DNA of 20,000 bases from an uncultured virus (IMG/VR IMGVR_UViG_3300030508_000022) (taxonomy: Duplodnaviria > Heunggongvirae > Uroviricota > Caudoviricetes): positions 53,392 through 73,391 of the IMG/VR virus record IMGVR_UViG_3300030508_000022; one strand, 5' to 3'. This document shows positions 16,269 to 20,000 of the stretch, piece by piece. The translations under genes and the position numbers were made by a program. Position 1 is the stretch's first letter. The number at the start of each line of letters is the position of its first letter. The notes below the pieces were generated by a model. That model saw only the letters and a list, made by a program, of their open reading frames with translations, did not search any database and was not told the DNA's origin.

Positions 16269-16745
16269 GTGAAGCAAGTAACACAAGACATAATCAAAGT
16301 TAGTTCAGGCATGATCCTTCATGCCGTTAGTGTTAATGGAAATCTAGATGGTGGATTTTCGTTTCAAATCACACAAAAGTACCCAGAGGTAGTTGAACTT
16401 TACAAGTCCTACCTCAAGGGCCATCCATTCCCAGCAGATCTACTTGGGACAACATTGCTCGTGCCAGTCACCAGCTCTTTGTTTGTCGCCATGCTGTTCT
16501 GCATGTCTGACAGGGGTCAGCAGCGAGTACTGGAGTACTCAGCACTTAGACTATGCTTGGCTCAATTAGCAGGTAATGCTTATTTAGCCGCATTGACTGA
16601 AGCAGGAGGTTTTGTCTATCTTCCCTACAAAATGGGGTCAGGGGCTAACGCCGGCGAGTGGTCTGTAATTAATACCCTTGTAGACAGACACTTGCCTGGC
16701 GCAATTGTTTGTATTATGCCGACAAACTCAAGCCCGAAACGATGA
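16269..16745 (+). CDS. macrodomain (ADP-ribose-binding/processing fold) protein, degenerate
   Basis: Start reassigned to GTG 16269. QDI...ILHAVSVNGNLDGGFSFQITQKYP, LLGT, YSALRLCL and PYKMGSGANAGEW match the phage macrodomain pattern (GD, HxxNxxGxMGxG, PxIGxGxAGGxW) with substitutions. Confidence 0.75.
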   Translation: MKQVTQDIIKVSSGMILHAVSVNGNLDGGFSFQITQKYPEVVELYKSYLKGHPFPADLLGTTLLVPVTSSLFVAMLFCMSDRGQQRVLEYSALRLCLAQLAGNAYLAALTEAGGFVYLPYKMGSGANAGEWSVINTLVDRHLPGAIVCIMPTNSSPKR

Positions 16746-17617
16746 TAAAGATAGAACCTAAGAGAAGACAGCAGTCTCTAGTAGAAGAAATAGAGAGTAA
16801 GAAAAGACTGCCTATCCGCTGGGACATAGGAAGAAAAGAAAAACGAGATAGTGACGATCACAACTTTATGCACCTAAAGTCCCTAATGGCTCGTAATGAG
16901 CGACTAGGAAGGATTACGTACATATTGTCCCTGCCAGCAGACCTATGGATTTGGGAAATGAAGCTTGCTGCTTATTTTCCCAACAACATAATTGTGTTTG
17001 TTGGTGTAGAGAGAGATAAGGATGTTCACGCTCGTTCCGAAATAAGAAGACGCCAATTGGATACTGGCCACGGAACAAACTACAAACTGATATTGCTTGA
17101 GTATGGGAAAACAATGAAGAAAGCCCTCCAGGGCCGATTTCATTGTGATCATATGATCTTGAATGGAAGGGGAAAACAGTTTGATATAATTTACGCAGAC
17201 TACATGGGTTGTCTGGCGATTCCTAAGATGCGAGAAGTAGAAATCTTGTTCAGGAATCAAAGTATTTTGGCTGATGGTGGAATATTCATGATTACTCTCT
17301 CACTAAACCTGAGGAATACTCAAAGTGAATTATACCAAAAGTCATTAAGGTTGGGATATCCCGTAATGGAAAGCGAAGCTTATCAGATTATTGACTGTAA
17401 TCAGGCTTGGCGAGATATGAAAGGAGATTCTTCACCTCGGGTACATGCTCATATGCATGGAATCCGAAAGCTGATGCTGGAGGCAGCACGAAATAATGGG
17501 GTGCAACTAACAGAGTTGCCTGGTGTCATTTATTATAGCCCGAACAAGTACGATACACCAACTCGTCCTGAAGCGTGCTTCGTGTTTAAAAAAATCAACC
17601 TAACCAAACTAGAATGA
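16742..17617 (+). CDS. class I SAM-dependent methyltransferase-like protein
   Basis: FVGVERD, FDIIYADYMG and LADGGIFMITL motifs. No clear Gly-rich motif I. ATG 16742 overlaps the macrodomain stop (ATGA). Confidence 0.6.
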   Translation: MIKIEPKRRQQSLVEEIESKKRLPIRWDIGRKEKRDSDDHNFMHLKSLMARNERLGRITYILSLPADLWIWEMKLAAYFPNNIIVFVGVERDKDVHARSEIRRRQLDTGHGTNYKLILLEYGKTMKKALQGRFHCDHMILNGRGKQFDIIYADYMGCLAIPKMREVEILFRNQSILADGGIFMITLSLNLRNTQSELYQKSLRLGYPVMESEAYQIIDCNQAWRDMKGDSSPRVHAHMHGIRKLMLEAARNNGVQLTELPGVIYYSPNKYDTPTRPEACFVFKKINLTKLE

Positions 17618-17620
17618 TTA

Positions 17621-17752
17621 ATGAAGTCAAACAAAAGACTAAAGCAGCAGCAGCAGCAGAAAGTGGACCGCAAGGAGCGGTTGTTGAAGGACTCCTCTTT
17701 GAAGGAGAGCAAATACGCTAAGAAAAAAAGATTAAAAAGATTAGACGGATAG
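17621..17752 (+). CDS. small basic protein (43 aa)
   Basis: MKSNKRLKQQQQQKVDRKERLLKDSSLKESKYAKKKRLKRLDG fills the gap before a terminator. An alternative 35-aa frame starts at 17614. Confidence 0.4.
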   Translation: MKSNKRLKQQQQQKVDRKERLLKDSSLKESKYAKKKRLKRLDG

Positions 17753-17771
17753 TTCTTGTCCACTCTATTTT

Positions 17772-17797
17772 GTGGGGCCTTCGGGCCCCACTTTTTT
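17772..17797 (+). terminator. Rho-independent terminator
   Basis: GTGGGGCC-TTCG-GGCCCCAC followed by TTTTTT (cUUCGg tetraloop). Confidence 0.92.
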
Positions 17798-17824
17798 AGG
17801 TCTTGAAAAACAACACAAAAATAC

Positions 17825-18658
17825 ATGAGATCACTAGTCGTTGGAGACATACACCAGGATCTTGATCCTATAAGGTGGCTTTTGGATAACGAGCACTTTG
17901 ATGAGCTCATTTCGGTTGGAGATTGGGTTGATACAAAGAAGCCCCAATCAGAGGTTCTAACTTTTGAAGAAACGTGTTACGCCCTCAGAGCGTTGATTCT
18001 GCACCATGAGCACAAGAGGAAGATAAGGTTTATATTAGGGAATCATGATCTCCAATACATATACGCCTCCAATGCACTATCTACCTCTCACTCTTGCAAG
18101 GAGAATCCATACTCTTCAACTTCTTATTCCCACAAGAAGGCTAAGAAGTGGAGGAAGTGCTTCTTTGATGCCAACCTGAAAGATAGCTTCTTTCTTGAGC
18201 ACTTTGCTTTAGCGTACCAGACGCAAGGGTGGACTATTTCACATGCCGGCATCATCCCAGAACACATTCCAAAGGACATGAAGCTCAAGGAATTTGTTGA
18301 AAGTGAATGCGAACAGGTTTGGAAGAATTTCCGAAACCTTGACTACCCGAACAACTACATACTTAGGGGAGTGGGAAGGTCTAGGGGTGGTAAGGATAAC
18401 TTTGGTGGAATGCTTTGGCTCGATTGGGACAAGGAATTCTACATGCACCCAGAGACAGGTAATCAAATTTTAGGTCACACTAGAGTTGCTGTACCTGAGA
18501 GCAAGCACTTGAGATTCGGAGATACTTTACTCAAAGCTTGGAATATCAACACAGAGAAACACTATGGTGTTATCGAGGATGGTATCTTTGGTTTTAGAGA
18601 GTTTTACGAAGACAGGACTCTTGGCGTGAAGCCTGGGAATGACCTTGTTGTCGCCTAG
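17825..18658 (+). CDS. calcineurin-like metallophosphoesterase
   Basis: All five motifs present: GDIH, GDWVD, GNHD, SHAG and GHT. Confidence 0.93.
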   Translation: MRSLVVGDIHQDLDPIRWLLDNEHFDELISVGDWVDTKKPQSEVLTFEETCYALRALILHHEHKRKIRFILGNHDLQYIYASNALSTSHSCKENPYSSTSYSHKKAKKWRKCFFDANLKDSFFLEHFALAYQTQGWTISHAGIIPEHIPKDMKLKEFVESECEQVWKNFRNLDYPNNYILRGVGRSRGGKDNFGGMLWLDWDKEFYMHPETGNQILGHTRVAVPESKHLRFGDTLLKAWNINTEKHYGVIEDGIFGFREFYEDRTLGVKPGNDLVVA

Positions 18659-18702
18659 TAGTATTTACTTGCAGATCTCAGTGGTTGATATATAAACAGT
18701 TG

Positions 18703-19452
18703 ATGCCACTGTGGACTCACGATGGGGAGGCTTGGCGTACGGTTAACCTCCACAAGAAGACTAACGGCCTCGCAGCATTTTTGTGTTGCGGAGGCCCGTC
18801 TTTGCGTGTGATAGACCCTAAGTACCTAAAAGGCCCCAACAGGATTGTCATGGGGTTGAACAATACATACCCATTTGTAGTACCAGATATTTGGACAGGA
18901 TTAGACTCTCCAGAGAATTATGATGTAAGATTGTTTTGGGAGGCATTCCCTAAAATCATGTCAGGAGACCAGGGTGAAGCCTTGATAAATAACATCAAGG
19001 TTAAGACATTAAATAACGTCAATTTTGCTGACATACTCTATGCTGATAAAGCTAGCCAGTATTTTGACTTTTCGGAGAACATGATGTTCCGATATGACAA
19101 GAACACATTTGCATTTGCAATTCAGTTTTTGCTGTGGATGGGGATAAAGACAATCTACTTGTTTGGAGTAGATCTAGATAACACCACTCAGCATTACTTT
19201 GATGGCAGTTATTTGACCGAAGAGCAGAGAGATTATAATCATAGGTTATATAAAGAAATTTTAAGCTCGCTTAAAAAGTTAGTTAAAGAATGCGAGACTC
19301 GTGGTATCCGATTCGTTTCCTGCTCGCCTGGATCAAAGATAAACGATTTTATAAATTACGAAAGCCCTTTTGATGTAATCAAGTCTCTTGAGATTAATGT
19401 GCCACAGGGTAGAAAAAAGAAACACGTATTGGATAAGGCCGAACATAGTTGA
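18703..19452 (+). CDS. DUF115/MAF_flag10-like (sialyltransferase-related fold) protein
   Basis: CCGGPSL, MGLNN and MGIKTIYLFGVDL motifs. Start probably ATG 18703 (track gives TTG 18685). Confidence 0.65.
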   Translation: MPLWTHDGEAWRTVNLHKKTNGLAAFLCCGGPSLRVIDPKYLKGPNRIVMGLNNTYPFVVPDIWTGLDSPENYDVRLFWEAFPKIMSGDQGEALINNIKVKTLNNVNFADILYADKASQYFDFSENMMFRYDKNTFAFAIQFLLWMGIKTIYLFGVDLDNTTQHYFDGSYLTEEQRDYNHRLYKEILSSLKKLVKECETRGIRFVSCSPGSKINDFINYESPFDVIKSLEINVPQGRKKKHVLDKAEHS

Positions 19453-19483
19453 CGGATAAGTAATCTTGATTTAATATTCAAGG

Positions 19484-19690
19484 ATGAATCGATATGCCCA
19501 GACATACTTCAATGAGGTTGCAAAGCTTGCCGAGGACGCAGATACCGTCAATTTTGATCTCAATAAGGCAGTCACACCCCCTCCCGCACCAAAGCCAATC
19601 GCTATTCCCAAGCCAACTCCATTCGCCATGCCTAAGATGCCAAAGAATAGTCCTATGGTAAATGAGCACGACCCAATTGGAAATAGTTAA
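19484..19690 (+). CDS. small Pro-rich hypothetical protein (68 aa)
   Basis: ORF with AAGG directly upstream and a TAATG overlap with the next gene. Confidence 0.7.
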   Translation: MNRYAQTYFNEVAKLAEDADTVNFDLNKAVTPPPAPKPIAIPKPTPFAMPKMPKNSPMVNEHDPIGNS

Positions 19691-20000
19691 TGAATAAGTA
19701 TTCAAAAGAATATATTGATACTTTTTGTGAGCTTTCAAAGAAGGCTGATAATGGCAACCTATGGCCAGATGTCTGGAATGAGATAAAACAAACAGTGCAC
19801 AATGCTTGGGATTCTAAGTTTGATTTTTGGAAGGGGGTTGGAGATTGGGGCAATAAATTACACACTGGGTATAGTGATTGGGCCAATCAGAAGATCGACG
19901 ATATAGGTACTGGGATTGCGAGCAATATCCCAGGCTCTGGAGTTACATTCGGAAAGGGGGTTGATAATCAGACTCTAGCTAACACAGCTTCTGTCCTCAG
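19690..20000 (+). CDS. hypothetical protein, 3'-truncated by the window edge
   Basis: ATG 19690 (MNKYSKEYIDTFCELSKKADNGNLW...) stays open to the window end. Not in the ORF track. Confidence 0.75.
   Translation, partial: MNKYSKEYIDTFCELSKKADNGNLWPDVWNEIKQTVHNAWDSKFDFWKGVGDWGNKLHTGYSDWANQKIDDIGTGIASNIPGSGVTFGKGVDNQTLANTASVL

Noticed and set aside
1..20000. CRISPR array, transposase or integrase
   Set aside because: No regularly spaced direct repeats or recombinase motifs were seen by eye.

Overview
All convincing genes lie on the + strand. They are mostly ORFans with A-rich, largely Shine-Dalgarno-free starts and are separated by strong hairpins, with no cellular housekeeping genes. This fits a large phage or similar extrachromosomal element (inference; no structural or replication hallmark gene is present). 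Two things stand out. (1) A ubiquitin-like conjugation cassette at about 7.9-13.9 kb: a beta-grasp Ubl lacking a C-terminal Gly, a prokaryotic E2, a protein with a 278-aa lysine-free region, a ThiF/E1, a 537-aa unknown and a JAB/JAMM peptidase. (2) An array of structured non-coding RNA-like elements at about 3.9 kb, 5.06-6.06 kb and 6.9-7.27 kb. It includes a degenerate tRNA and an element carrying the 23S rRNA L11-binding motifs (H43 and H44 loop) split by a ~270-nt insert inside a perfect 12-bp closing stem. Downstream are a pseudo-phosphatase, a degenerate macrodomain, a SAM methyltransferase-like protein, a metallophosphoesterase and a DUF115/MAF-like transferase. All family calls come from motifs recognised by eye; no searches were run.
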